Shown: positions 1-12,697, numbered from the whole stretch's first letter. The stretch is DNA of 60,226 nucleotides, filler included, from Jimgerdemannia flammicorona (GCA_003990765.1; 3 parts of 3 records of this genome joined end to end with filler, not necessarily neighbours in it), one strand, 5' to 3'. Notes: generated by a model from the letters alone, not told the origin. Translations and numbers: made by a program.

Positions 1-118
1 TATCTATAAAAAAAAAAAAAAAATTATAAAATTTTATATTAAATATTAAGTTGAAAAAAAATTTAAAAATATAAATTTTTTTATAGACAAATTTATCTAT
101 AACTAATTATAATATAGG
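1..118. mobile_element. Partial, degraded copy of the ~190-bp MITE family (see 20963-21150, 31492-31684)
   Basis: Ends ttatagacaaatttatctataactaattataatatagg, matching the terminus of the other two copies; cut by the contig start. Confidence 0.55.
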
Positions 119-308
119 ATAGTCTTATTTTCTATATATTCTCTTATCTATATAATGATGTTATATATTAATATACTTTGTTCTAACATAATGTACTAGA
201 TTCTTTACTATTACTATAGTTGGTTGTTTGTTCTGATAGATAAGTATAGTACTTCTAATTAAAGCTAAGCTCTTTTAATAGCTGGAATAGCTAAATAACT
301 TTCTTTAT

Positions 309-799
309 TTAGGAATATGAATCAAGAGAATTAGATATTTGATTATAGTATCTAAATCTAATTTCTAATATAGTATAGTCTTATAAATAGCAGTCATTGT
401 TATTTTGCAATTATTAAAGTTTTCATAAATGTTAAACTCTTTACAGATGTTGAAGATTTTGTAGATGTTAAACTTTTGACAATTATTAAAGTTTTAGCAA
501 ATATTAAAAGATTTAATACTTGTAAAAAGTAACTCATAAGAAATATAGTCATAACTTAGCCACCTTATAGCTAGCAAACTTATATAAATATTCCAGTATC
601 TAGAGTAAATAAACCTCAGATTGAAATAGTTAAAAAAAAAAAAAAAAAAAAAAGCAAAGGAACTAGTAAGTCTGTAGGCAGATACACTTCAAACTCACTC
701 ACTTCTATATTCTGAGAACTCTGCAGAGTCAAAGAAGATTAAGTTTCCAAGATACAGAAATCTGACATACTTCTATAGTTATATGTCCACTATATTACA
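309..799 (+). repeat. Gy-A 5' LTR (first ~18 bp missing)
   Basis: Aligns with 6521-7004; ends ...ttaCA at 799; TATA-like tatataaata at 581 and aataaa near 608; followed by a decayed PBS (tagtattcattgac, compare tggtgcccattggc in Gy-B). Confidence 0.9.
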
Positions 800-912
800 A
801 CTTAGTATTCATTGACTGATAATTTAAGACAAATCTCTCACTTTCAAGCTAAATAATAAACAATCATTATCACTTGAACAACCATATAAATTAAATCAGA
901 TATCTAGACAAG

Positions 913-3900
913 ATGGATATGAGATTACCAGTATTCTACAAATATACTTCAGATGAATCAATCATCATCTTTATTAATAATTTTGAGTAGTATGCTGTTA
1001 TAAGAACCTTGACAATAATATAACAAATAGTCCTTATGCCCTTCAGTCTCTGAGGTCCAGCAAGAGCAGCATTTGTAGCTATAATCTATGTGGAAAATAA
1101 TGACAATACAGTGCTAGTAGTATAAAAGATCTGGCTTCAAGCCACCTACTATATAGATGAGATCAAGCAAGCTCTAAAGAATTAACTCAATACAATCTGC
1201 TAAGGAATTAGTGAGGATCCAAATACATTCTATACCAGAATCTAATATCAGATAATTCTTGCAAATTATACTGACACTATCTAAGATCAAGTAGCTAAGA
1301 TAACTTTCATAAAAAAAGTCTACTCAGAAATAGTCTTAGCCATCTGCTCATTACCAATAGTCCTGAATTTACTACAAAAGATTACCTATGCCCAGTAATA
1401 CTAGATAGCCAGACACTCATAAGACTATATAATAAAAAGAGTTACTGAAGTTAGAATCAAAGTACTCAAGGCAACCAGTATAATCTCTACTATAGTGATC
1501 AATTAAAATACTCCTTAGTCAAGAGCTACTGAGTAGCAGAGGAATAGCAATTCTATAGAAGAACTTGCCAAGAAGTTCACTGAAATGACAGCCCACCTAA
1601 GAGATGTGATAAAGGAAATTAAAAAAAGAGACTGGTGCTCAGTTCAGAAATTTGCCACCACCTTAGACAAGAAGAGAGGTATTTGCTACACTTGTGGAGA
1701 AGAAGACCACTACTCATATAAATGTATAAGTGAAACCAAGTATAAGGTCTAGCCAAGCAATACTACTTGAAATAAGGAACAGGCCAATACTATCACCTTT
1801 GAGGAGATTGGAGAATCAGATGAAGAAGAATAGAAAGTCTACTCTACTGAGACTATCAAAAAAGATATCTGCAAGCAACCCTATAAGAGATCACCAGAGA
1901 GACCCAAGAAGAACTCTGTAGAAAAGCAGATAGAGACTGCTACAGAAAGTCAAGATAAAGAAACAGATCAAGATATAGAGCTAGAACAGGCTGTCCAGGA
2001 TATCATTTAAGGAACTACTCTAGCCAGTAAAAGAGAAAAGAAGAAAAAGCTTCACAAAACCAAGATCTTCAAGTATGATATTTTCAAGGACCTCAGCCAA
2101 TAAAAGCTCAATACAACCTTTGGCCAGCTGGCAGAAATACCTACATTTAGACAGCAAATAGATATAGACTTGCTGAGACAACCAAGGAGTAAGGTGAGAA
2201 GATAACTAAGGCCAATAATATTCAAAAAGACTTAGGAGAAGAGAGTGAAGACAATTGCAAGATCTCTGTCTATGTAATCTGTCAGATTGAAGATAGAATC
2301 TTTGAGGCCATCATTGATATAGAAGCAGAAGAATGTCTTCTCAGTAAGAAAGTAGCAGACTGCCTAAGTTGGAAGATTGAAGAAGCAACCAAGCTGATGT
2401 TTGTCACAGCAGATAGTATAAGAGCCACACCTCTGAGAAAGATCTGAGATATTTCTATTAAGTTTAGAGGAGTTACTATTTCAGTAGATGTGATCATGAT
2501 CAATACCACCAACTATGACATCCTCATTGGTAATTAGTGACTTTATAAAGCTAAGGCAATAATCAATCTGAATGCTCAGAAGATGCAGATTATCTACTGA
2601 GGTCAGAAAGTGTGAATTTTCATTAATGTCAATAAAGAAGTACTGCCTGAGATGGAGAAAGAAGAAAGTGAGCAAGAAGAAGCCTATATGATAATTACTA
2701 AAAAAAGAAGAAAAAAGTCAGATAGATTAGTAAAGAAGACTGGTGCAAGAAGATTGTAGAAGAATATATACCATAAAGAGTCTGTCTCCATAGAATCAAG
2801 ATGTATGTACTATAGTGAGAATATTAATGACTACTACTAATGTAGCATTGATATTAGAAAGATCTACTAGAAAAGAAGACAGAAGACTCTTGAAAAGCAG
2901 AAAGAGGAGGAGGAGAAAGAGGATAATGAACCACCAGCTCTCCTAGAAGACAGTGATAATGAAGAAGAAATTATGGTCAAGATTTGGAGGATCTACTCTG
3001 ATACAGTTCTACCAGAATATAAGTCAGAGAATATAATCAGAATGGATATTATCACAGTAGAAGAAACTATATGACAACTACCCTACTTACAACTGGTCTG
3101 GAGATGACTATTCTAAAGGACTATATCAGAATTCTCAAGACAAGAAGTAGCCTGGCTAGGAGTGAAATCACAATTGAAAGAGAAGTTATCAATTCAGATT
3201 ATATTGAAGAAATACTACTTATTACTAGGAACTATAATCCTATAATTCTATTTCCAATTAAGAAGAAGGACTGACTGGCACAGATGTTGATCTTTCCAGT
3301 TCTTTAGCCAAGGATATGGAAGTCAAGAAGTTGGAGAAAACAGAAAGAGAAAGGAAAGAATTTGGATCTATAAGAAGAGGAGTATTTATCAGTACTAAGA
3401 TTACTGAACTGGATCACAAGAAGGAGGAAACTATGAACAAGCATAGCTACACTATTGAAAATGAATTCCCACTCAAGAAGAAACTCAAGAAGATACTCTA
3501 TGAATTTAAGGATGTCCTAGTCACAGATTTCAAGAATATTAAAAGAAAGATTCTATACTACTATTATGATATAGACACAAGAGACACTGAACTAATCTAC
3601 TAAAAAACAAGGTCAATACTACTAATCTACTGTGAATAGCTTAGAGAAAAAATCAAGCAGATAGAAGAAGCCAGTATTATTAAAGAAGCCAGTAGCCCCT
3701 GGGCTTCACCAGTTGTATTAGTATCAAAAAAAGGAAGCAAGTCAGAAAAATTCACCCCAAGACTCTGTACTAATTACAGAAAGCTCAACTTAATTACCAA
3801 GAAAAATTGCCAACCATTATTCCTTATCAGTGACATTCTCATAATCTTGAGAGATAAAGTACAGTACTATAGAATTTTGGACTTATACTCAGGATTCTAC

Positions 3901-4900
3901 CAAATTGGCCTCACTGAAGCAGCAAGTGAAAAGTCAGCCTTCATCACTCCAGATGGAACCTATGTCTATCTGCAAATACTATTCAGAATGTACAATATCT
4001 CTATAAGCTTCTAGTAAATGATGAACAAAATCTTCTATTATAATATAGAAAGATGGATAATGGTTTATGTAGATGATGTTACATATCATCTATAGAAAGA
4101 TAGCTGAAGAACATCTGCAGTATATCCAGTAGATGATAGAAAAGCTAAGACAATATAGTCTTTATATCAAGCTCAAGAAGTGTAAGTTTGTGGAAATTAA
4201 GATTATCTATCTTGACCATATCATTAATTGAGATAGAACACACACAGACTCCCTCAAGATTCAAGCAGTAGCAGTATATCTAAGGCTCACCACAATTACT
4301 GAAGCCTAAGCCTTTATAGAACTCACCTCATACTACTAAAGATTTATCAGAGGATTCTCCAATATTGTAGGTCCAATCTACAAACTCAATAAGAAAGATA
4401 TCAAGTTTCAATAGACTGGCAGACAACAAAAAGCATTTAATGAACTTAAGGTCAGACTGACCCAGGCACCCATCCTCAGAAGACCTGATTGGACTCAAAA
4501 ATTCATCCTACAGACAGATATAAGTACTCAAGGACTAGGAGCAGTCTTGGCTCAGAAAAAAAACAAGGTAGAATATGTTATTACATATCTAAGCTGAGGA
4601 ATCTGAGGAGCTAAAAAAGAGTATAAATTTTATAAGTTGGAATATCTTATAGTTATCTAGACTGTAGAGAAGTTCCACTACTATCTGGTAAGAAAACACT
4701 TTACCATTCAGATGGACCACTCAGCTCTTACTTGACTACTGACCACTGAGTAACCCAAATGAATCTATGCTAGATAGATAATAAAGTTGCAAGCCTATGA
4801 TATAACTATTGTGCACTACCCAGAAAGAACCAATGCTAATGTAAATACTCTCTCATAGATACTCCAAAGGACTTCCAACCAATAAATCAATTATAAATAA
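913..4900 (+). pseudogene. Gy-A gag-protease-dUTPase-RT-RNase H polyprotein pseudogene
   Basis: CCHC knuckle CYTCGEEDHYSYKC ~1684; decayed protease IID(TG)A ~2310; dUTPase KTRSSLARSE ~3135; RT SPWASPVVLV and YVDD ~4066; RNase H FILQTD ~4502; many stops. Confidence 0.9.
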
Positions 4901-6083
4901 GGAGTTCTACTATAGAATCATCACCTATCTGAGATAGCAAAAGATATCCCAATATCTAGAAGAATAGATACAAATAATTATCAATAGAACATGGAAACAA
5001 TTCAAGACTAATAGAGAGATACTGAAGAAAGGAAAACTATTAGTTATATTTAAATACAAGAAAAAGTAAGTAATGAAATCAGTATATGAACTTGGCTATC
5101 TAGGAGAAACAAATACATAAGATAAAGCAAGAATAATAATGTAGTAGCCAGAAATAGAGAAAGATATCAGACAATTTGTCAAGATCTATAACAAATATTA
5201 GAAATAGAAACAAAACTAGCGAAATCAGACCCCAGGATCAGTATACATAGAATCAGTACCATTTGTATATATTGCAATAGATGTAATTGGCTCTCTACCC
5301 TTAACTTTGATTAGCAACTAATATATTATAGTCATTGTAGACCTTTTCATAAAATGAATAGAGATAGGATTTCTCAAGAAAGCTAATATATAGTCAATTG
5401 CTGATTTTTTCTATAAAGAAATTATCTATCAATTTAAGACCCCAGTACAAGTAACTATAGACAGAAGAATAGAATTTGTAAACCAGTTCTTTGAAATTCT
5501 CTACAAGAAGTACAAGATCCAGTATATTTGGACTACAGTATACTACTCTTAAGGAAATAGATAAGCAGAAAGGACTAATAAAACTCTTAAGAATATCATT
5601 GCTAAGATCTGCAATAACTATAAAAATTGAGATCACTATCTGTCAATAGCATTATCTGCTCTTCAGAATATCCAATCACAAAGTACTCATTTTATCTCTT
5701 GAGAGATACTATTCAGAGAAGAAAGTTCTCAAGAAACTCTATTATTCAATAGAGATACTATATAGAAATATATAAATACAGAGATATGAAGACTACATCA
5801 AATTAGAAAGAATGCTGAGAATTATATAACTAAGGTACAGATACTACAATGGAATAATACAGAAAAGATTCACAAGTCTCTGAAGATTATTAAGATAGGA
5901 GATAAAGTCTTAGTATATCAGAATATAATAGAAGCTTTATAGTTACAAAAACTGGAGTCTAAGTGGGAAGGACCTTATCTGGTATAAGATATAAAAGGAA
6001 CCACCTTTTGGTTATGAAAACCCTTAGCCACAATCATCCCTACTACCATTCACTGAAACTAACTTAAGAAGTATCATGGCTAA
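4893..6083 (+). pseudogene. Gy-A integrase (separate +1 reading frame)
   Basis: Starts at ATA (ATG in Gy-B) NKEFYY; HHCC remnant, IAIDVIG and AERTN catalytic motifs, KWEGPY; ends KKYHG-TAA at 6083; no chromodomain. Confidence 0.85.
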
Positions 6084-6507
6084 CTAATAGAATACTGCCA
6101 CAGCTCTCAAGATCATCAGTACTATACAGTGAGCTATAGAAAGACAATAGTATACTACTGAGCCACTGAATGGAAGAATCCTTTGATAGTATATAGAGTA
6201 TAGTTCAGATATACTTATCATAAATACATATCACACTTTAAAGCCTATCAGAACCAAATTGTACTAGGTCTCTTATGCTCAGATCATAATTACTGAATAA
6301 GTAGTCAATAAGATATTTAAGAATAATGAGTCAGCTCTAGCCCATCTTTGTAGAGTAGTTCCAGGAGACTTTGGATATATCAAAAGATACTACTGGGAAT
6401 ATGTAATGATACAAATTATATAGTACAAGGAGATACAAATTATAGAAGCTTAGAAGTTTGAATAGGATATTTCAGAGATGAATAATCTATTCAGAAGGAA
6501 GTTGTGA
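6076..6507 (+). pseudogene. Gy-A accessory ORF3 remnant (~143 codons), unknown function
   Basis: ATG overlaps the integrase stop; one frame to the LTR edge with only transition-type stops; contains VVNKIFKNNESALAHLCRVVPGDF, similar to the Gy-B LTR ORF. Confidence 0.65.
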
Positions 6508-7004
6508 TGGTTGATCAGAATTAGGAATATGAATCAGGAGAATTAGATATTTGATCACAATACCTAAATTCAATTTCTGATATAGTATAGTCTTACAAAT
6601 AGCAGTTATTATTATTTCACAATTATTAAAGTTTTTGCAAATATTAAACTCTTTGCAGATATTAAAGATTTCACAGATATTAAACTTTTGGCAATTATCA
6701 AAGTTTTAGCAAATATTAAAAGGTTTAATACTTGTAAAAAGTGACTTATAAGAAATATAGTTATAACTTAGCTATCTTATAGCTAGTAAACTTATATAAA
6801 TACTCTAGTATCTAAAGTGAATAAATCTCAGATTGAAATAGTTCAAAGCAAAAAGAAAGTAAAGGAACTAGTAAGCCTGTCGGCAGATATACTTTGAACT
6901 CACTCACTCCTATATTCTAAAGACTCTGTAGAGTCAAAGAAGATCAAGTTTTCAAGATATAGAAATCTGATGTACTTCTACAGTTATGTGTCTGCTACAT
7001 TATA
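6503..7004 (+). repeat. Gy-A 3' LTR
   Basis: Starts TG after purine tract agaaggaag; direct repeat of 309-799; terminal CA decayed to TA. Confidence 0.9.
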
Positions 7005-7254
7005 TTATATAGTGTAATAGTGACTCCAGAATGATGACATCAGCACAGGAGACAGCCTTTTCTTGCAAGTCACCAGATTGGAGCACAAGAAGATCATATG
7101 GCATACAAGATGAGCAATGATAACCAACTGTGAGTTATTGTGACCACAGTACAAGCATCTTGAAGAATATAAAAGAAGGATCAAGAAACTGCAGTAGCAG
7201 CAACCAACAAGAACCATCAATCCCAAAATAGCTCAAAGACTTACCATAAACAAA

Positions 7255-8073
7255 ATGCCTGCTGCCTGCCAAACCTCAAGATCAAGGAATTACCAAGGTA
7301 TCTCAGTCAAGGAAAGAATGTTCCAAGACATCAGGAGAGCCATGGAGACCCACTCAAGAAGGACTCCTAGTGTCAACCTGAGTACTACAGACCCTTATCA
7401 CTTCATTCTCTACTGCCATGAAATAGAAACAAGGATCACCATCGCTACCAAATACCTCCAAATGTGGCAGGAGTACAAAATAGGAAACCTCCTCTGTCAA
7501 GAGTTCCCACAGGCCAGTACCCAAGAGCTACAAGATGCCACTCCCATAGATATATGTAAAATAAGGACAGCTAAGAAGATTTATCAGATCTTCAGACATG
7601 CATCATGGTCGATCCCCAACTTGGAGTATATTAGAATCTCAGACTTCAGAGACCTGTCATCTTGCTGTATTAATGCACTAAAAGCCAGGGTGGCTACAGA
7701 AGTCCAGTTCACTATCACTCTCAACAGTGAAGAAGTAGAAGACTTCTGGCACCCTATCCTTCAGGACAACTCAGACCAATTCCTACAAGGATTGATCTCA
7801 GTATTCCAAGGCCCAAGCATCCAGGTTAGACCTCCCCAAGACCCCACATTTGTTCCCTATTTTGTGGAAGAGAACCTTATAGACTGGAGAGCTCCAGATC
7901 TTGTTCCTAATTTCCCCGCCACAGCCATATGTGATGACATCATCAGCGATGATGTCATCCCATGTGACATTGAAGTATGCGAAACGTGCAACCTACATGA
8001 CAAGTTTGCAGATCTCATCTCCTTCAGTGATGATGATGATAAAGCCCCTATGATCGTGAACTTTCTGCTCTAA
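7255..8073 (+). CDS. 272-aa accessory protein of unknown function inside the putative LTR U3
   Basis: Uninterrupted ORF; the same frame continues upstream to the LTR edge through transition-type stops; similar to ORF3 remnants of Gy-A, Gy-C and Gy-D; acidic C-terminus. Confidence 0.7.
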   Translation: MPAACQTSRSRNYQGISVKERMFQDIRRAMETHSRRTPSVNLSTTDPYHFILYCHEIETRITIATKYLQMWQEYKIGNLLCQEFPQASTQELQDATPIDICKIRTAKKIYQIFRHASWSIPNLEYIRISDFRDLSSCCINALKARVATEVQFTITLNSEEVEDFWHPILQDNSDQFLQGLISVFQGPSIQVRPPQDPTFVPYFVEENLIDWRAPDLVPNFPATAICDDIISDDVIPCDIEVCETCNLHDKFADLISFSDDDDKAPMIVNFLL

Positions 8074-8085
8074 AAGTTCTTTGTT

Positions 8086-8215
8086 ACACTGGATAATGCC
8101 AGCACTGGTATTCTTATATAACACTAGATAATGTCAGCACTGGTATTCTGAGGTGATGCAAAATTATTCCAGCACCGGTATTTTGATGTGACACTAAATA
8201 ATGCCAGCATCCTGA
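8086..8215 (+). repeat. About four degenerate tandem copies of acactggataatgccagcactggtattc upstream of the TATA box
   Basis: Directly visible; enhancer-like position in the LTR. Confidence 0.75.
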
Positions 8216-8557
8216 ACCTATACAACCATCAGTGCCAGTCCTGGAACTTAGTAGTTTTAGTTATTGGAATTTATATTTAACTTTATATCTTAGCAACTAT
8301 TAAATTATATTTTATATAAATACCCCTCTTATTTCCTCTGAAATAAAGTCAGTTCCTCTCAGTACAATATACACACTTCCTTGTAAGCAATCTAAGAGAT
8401 AACAAGACAGTTAAAGATAAGAAGTTTGAGGACTATAAGACCTTAGGAAGGTACTCTAATAAGAACTTGCTTATAACAAACTTAAGTTAGTCTAAGAGAT
8501 ATACCTTGAAGAGAATCTGGTATATTTGAAGGACTCAGCGACTACTACATGACAACT

Positions 8558-8571
8558 TGGTGCCCATTGGC
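8558..8571 (+). promoter_or_regulatory. Gy-B primer binding site (tRNA not assigned)
   Basis: tggtgcccattggc 3 nt after the terminal CA; TGG pairs with tRNA CCA. Confidence 0.7.
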
Positions 8572-8674
8572 TAGTGATTCAAGATGAATCCCTCACTTTC
8601 AAGCTGAAAAATGAACAACCCCCACAACAACTACCCTGACTACAAAAGTCACCCCTGCAAGAATTCAAGACAAG

Positions 8675-11600
8675 ATAGAAATGTATCCCCCCACATTCTA
8701 TGGATATACTACTGAAGAGTCAATCCTGACCTTCATTGAAGACTTTGAACAATTTGCTGCTATATGAGCCCTTGGTGTGGATGCTCAATTGGCCCTTCTA
8801 CCAGTTAGCCTCAGAGGACCTGCTAGAGATAAGTTCAATACAGCCACCATTGCTGATGCTGGTGCAGCTAAACTTACCAATATGAAGGTCTTCCTCAGAA
8901 AAATATATTATACTGAAGAGATCAAGTAAGCTCTCAAGGATCAACACAATATTATCTGCCAGAGACTTAGTGAAGATCTCAACTTATTCTATACCCGAAT
9001 TTGCCACCAGATTGTCTTGGCTGGCTATGATGACTGCCTCAAGGAACAAATAGTGGATTCAACCTTCCTCAAAGGAATTCACCCTGAAATTACCCTAGCA
9101 ATCTGGTCTACTCTAGCTGCACTGACCTTTGATCAGAAAGTGGTCTTTGCACAGAGATATTGGACTACCAGACATCCTGCCGAACACTCAATAGAGAAAA
9201 TAACTGGTATCAAGATGAAGCCATCAAAGCCAACTAGTATCTTATCTACCACAGTCATAAACAGACAACCAACTCCACCTACCCCCAAGATAGCCAAAGT
9301 TGATCCAGTGGAAGAACTCACCAAGCAGTTTGCCAAGATGACTGTACACCTTGGTGATGTTGTCAGAGAAGTCCAAAGCACTAACAGGAGACCAGTGCAG
9401 AGATTTGCAGCTACTACAGAAGAATACAATATCACATACTTCAGATGTGGAGAAGAAGGCCACTATGCAAAGAGTTGCATAACTAAAATAAGATACAAAG
9501 CCCAACCAAGCAATGCTAGCAGAACCAGAGAACAAACCAATGCAGTAGTCATTGAGGAGATTGGTGACACTAATGATAAAGAATACTATGAGGAGCTCAA
9601 ATTCTACCCTGCTACTGAAGGTACCAGAACCTGGTCCAAGCCCTATGACAAGAAGAGCAACAGCAAGCCAGTTGGAAGACCAAAGAAGACCCCAGCTGTC
9701 ACTATTCAAAGTAAGACCTAATCTGAGGAGATTGATCAAGACATGGAGTTAGACGAAGCTGCCCACCAAATTATTGAAGGCACTACTCCAGTCTCAAGAG
9801 AAAGCAAAAGCAAGAAGGAACAGAAGCTGCATAAGACCAAGATCCACCAGTATGATATCTACAAGGACCTCAAGGAACAGAAGGTCAATGCCACTTTTGG
9901 ACAGCTAGCTGAAGTCCCTGCCTTCAGATAGTAGTTGAGAGTAGGACTTGCAACTACTGCTAAGAATCAAGAGTACAAGATTGTAAAAGCTCACAATGCA
10001 CAAGAAGAATCTGAGAACTCAGGTGAAGAATCTGAAGATTAGTGCAAGACATCAGCCTATACCCCCTACCAGATCGAAGACTATATCTTTGATGCCATCA
10101 TTGATACTGGTGCTGGAGGATGCCTCATGAGTAAGAAGGTAATTGACTATCTAGGTTGGAATATTGAAGAGTCCACCAAGATGGTCTATGTTACAGCAGA
10201 TGGTATATGAGCTACCCCCCTTGGTAAAATCTGAGAAGTCTCTATCAAGATAGGAGGAGCTACCATCCCAGTAGATGTGATTGTTACAAGCACCACCAAC
10301 TATGACATCCTCATTGACAACCAATGGCTTCACAAGGCCAAGGCCATTATTGACCTCAATGCCCAGAAGATGCAGATCAACTACAGAGGAAGAAAGGTAC
10401 AAGTCTCTATCAATGTCCACAAAGGAGTCCTATCAGATATGGAGGAAGGAGATGAAGATACAGAGGTCTTCATGCACTCAGTGAACAAGAACAAGAGCAA
10501 GACACCCAAGCTCACAGATGAGCAGTGGTATAACAAGATCATTGATGGGTATGCCCCTCAAGGAAGATGCCCCCATGGTACTAGGATGTACTACTCTGAA
10601 CACCTGAATGACTGCTGGCTCTGTATCAGTGAAGTCAGGAAAATCTGCCAATAGAAACATGAGCAAGAAGCTGCTGAAGCAAAAAGGAAAGCCAAAGAAG
10701 ATGGCCAGCCTCCAGAGCTTCAAGCTAACAGTGACAATGAGGAGGAACAAGAATCAGACATCACCCTCAAGGTCAAGAAGTTTCACCCTGAAGCCAAGAT
10801 CCCAGAATATAAGACTGAAGGAGCTATAGAAATGGACCTTGCCAGCATTCAAGATGCTACCCTCAAACTACAGACCACCACCCTACTTGGCACTGGAATT
10901 GGAGTCAAGTTACCAGAAAACCATACTGGAATTATCAAGACCAGGAGCAGTCTGTCCAAAAGTGAAATCTCAGTTGAAGGAGGAGTAATTGACCCTGATT
11001 ACACTAGCGAGATCTTCCTCATAGTCAGAAATCACAACCACACCACCCCCTTTGAAGTCAAGAAGCATGACAGAATTGGCCAGATACTGATCCATGAAAT
11101 CAAGAAGCCCAAGATCATAGAAGCCATCAAACTTATCAAGACCAAGAGAGGAGAACAAGGCTTTGGATCTACTGGAAGAGGAGCCTATGCCGCAACTAAG
11201 ATTACTGAACTTGAGCACAAGAAAGACAAGGACCAGAACAAGCACACATATATCATTGGAGAAAACTTTCCCCTGGAGGAACAACTTCTCAAGATCCTGT
11301 ACCAGAACAAAGGAGTACTTACTACAGACTTCAGGAATATCCACAATCAAGAACCCAAGTACTACTATGAAGTTGATACTGGCGATACCAAGCCCATCTA
11401 CCAGAAAGCTAGACCCATACCACCTGCCTACAGAGAGTGGCTGCAAGCCAAACTCAAGGAAATAGAAGAAGCTGGAATCATCAAGCAAGCTATCAGCCCC
11501 TGGGCCTCGCCCATTGTCCTAGCCCCAAAGAAAGGAAGCAAGCCTGGAGAGTTTGCACTAAGACTCTGTATTGACTATAGGAAGCTCAATGCTATCACCA

Positions 11601-12697
11601 AGAAGAATAGGCAGCCCTTGCTGAATATTCAAGAAATCCTTACCACCCTTGGAAGCAAAGCCAAATACTACACCACCTTGGATCTATTCTCAGGCTTCCA
11701 TCAGATCAGTCTCACTCAAGATGCCAGTGAGAAATCAGTCTTCATCACACCTGATACCACTTATATCTATCTGCAAATGCCATTTGGAATGTGCAATGCC
11801 CCAGCAAGTTTTTAGTGAATGATGAACAGAGTCTTCAGTAATGAGATTGGAAAATAGCTCTTTATCTATGTTGATGATGTGATCATCTTCAGCAACACTG
11901 CATGAGAACATATCAATCATATACAACTAGCCCTCAAGAGGCTCAAGGAGCATGACCTCTACATCAAGCCCAAGAAATGTAAGTTTGTAGCTCAAGAAAT
12001 TGCCTACCTAGGACACCTCATCAACCAGACCAGATTTCACACAGACCCCATGAAGATCAAGGCTGTTGTAGTCTACCTGAGACCCAGAATAACCACAGAA
12101 GTCTATGCCTTCCTTGGACTGGCCAGCTACTACAGAAGGTTTATCAAAGGATACTCCAACATTGCAGCATCTATTTACAAGCTACTGAAGAAGGAGACCA
12201 AATTTGAATGGACCAAGGAGTGCCAAGAAACCTTCAATAAACTCAAGACCAGATTGACCCAAGCACCTATCCTCAGAAGACCAGACTGGAACCTAGAATT
12301 CATCCTGCAGACAGATGCGAATGCTATAGGACTTGGAGCAGTCCTAGCTCAGAAGAAAGATGGACATGAATATGTCATCTCCTATGTAAGCTGAGATACC
12401 TGCAGAGCAGAACAGAACTATGAGTTATGCAAGCTTGAATACTTAGCAGTAGTCTGGGCAGTAGACAAGTTCCACTACTACCTAGCTGGAAAACACTTCA
12501 CCATTCAAACAGACTATTCTGCTCTTATCTGGCTATTCCACACTCTGAACCCCAAAGGAATATATGCCAGATAGATCTATAGGCTGCAAGAGTATGACTG
12601 TACTGTCAAGCACCACTCAGGAAAGACCAATACCAATGCCGATGCACTCTCAAGGATACCCCGAAACACCCCCATCAAGATTATTCAACATGAATAA
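8675..12697 (+). pseudogene. Gy-B single-frame gag-protease-Cys/His module-dUTPase-RT-RNase H polyprotein
   Basis: ORF pieces 9017, 9743, 10277, 10832 and 12050 share one frame; knuckle FRCGEEGHYAKSC; IIDTGAGG; SPWASPIV, LDLFSGFHQI, MPFGMCNAPASF, YVDD; FILQTDA, NADALSR. Confidence 0.93.
10768..11175 (+). other. dUTPase domain between protease and RT (Gy-B)
   Basis: Five trimeric dUTPase motifs: (A)xxMDL, RSSL, GGVIDPDYTSEI, DRIGQ, RGEQGFGSTG. Confidence 0.92.

Larger units (their letters stand above)
309..7004 (+). mobile_element. Gy-A: near full-length, heavily mutated Ty3/gypsy LTR retrotransposon with dUTPase
   Basis: Two ~500-bp direct repeats flank gag, protease, dUTPase, RT, RNase H and integrase remnants in gypsy order. 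Confidence 0.93.
7013..8554 (+). repeat. Gy-B putative 5' LTR (~1.54 kb) containing an ORF
   Basis: TG at 7013 and CA at 8554 directly before the PBS; tandem repeats 8086-8215, TATA ~8314, aataaa ~8342; 5' boundary unconfirmed because no second LTR is present. Confidence 0.65.

Noticed and set aside
7255..8073. env gene or host gene
   Set aside because: No signal peptide, furin site or transmembrane segment; embedded in an LTR context with homolog-like remnants in the other elements
8558..8571. Assignment of the Gy-B PBS to tRNA-Lys
   Set aside because: Only a short partial match after assuming CpG decay; needs the host tRNA set
10768..11175. Host dUTPase gene, or a true retrovirus/caulimovirus
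   Set aside because: In frame with a gypsy-type RT, with LTR and integrase; no env or movement protein
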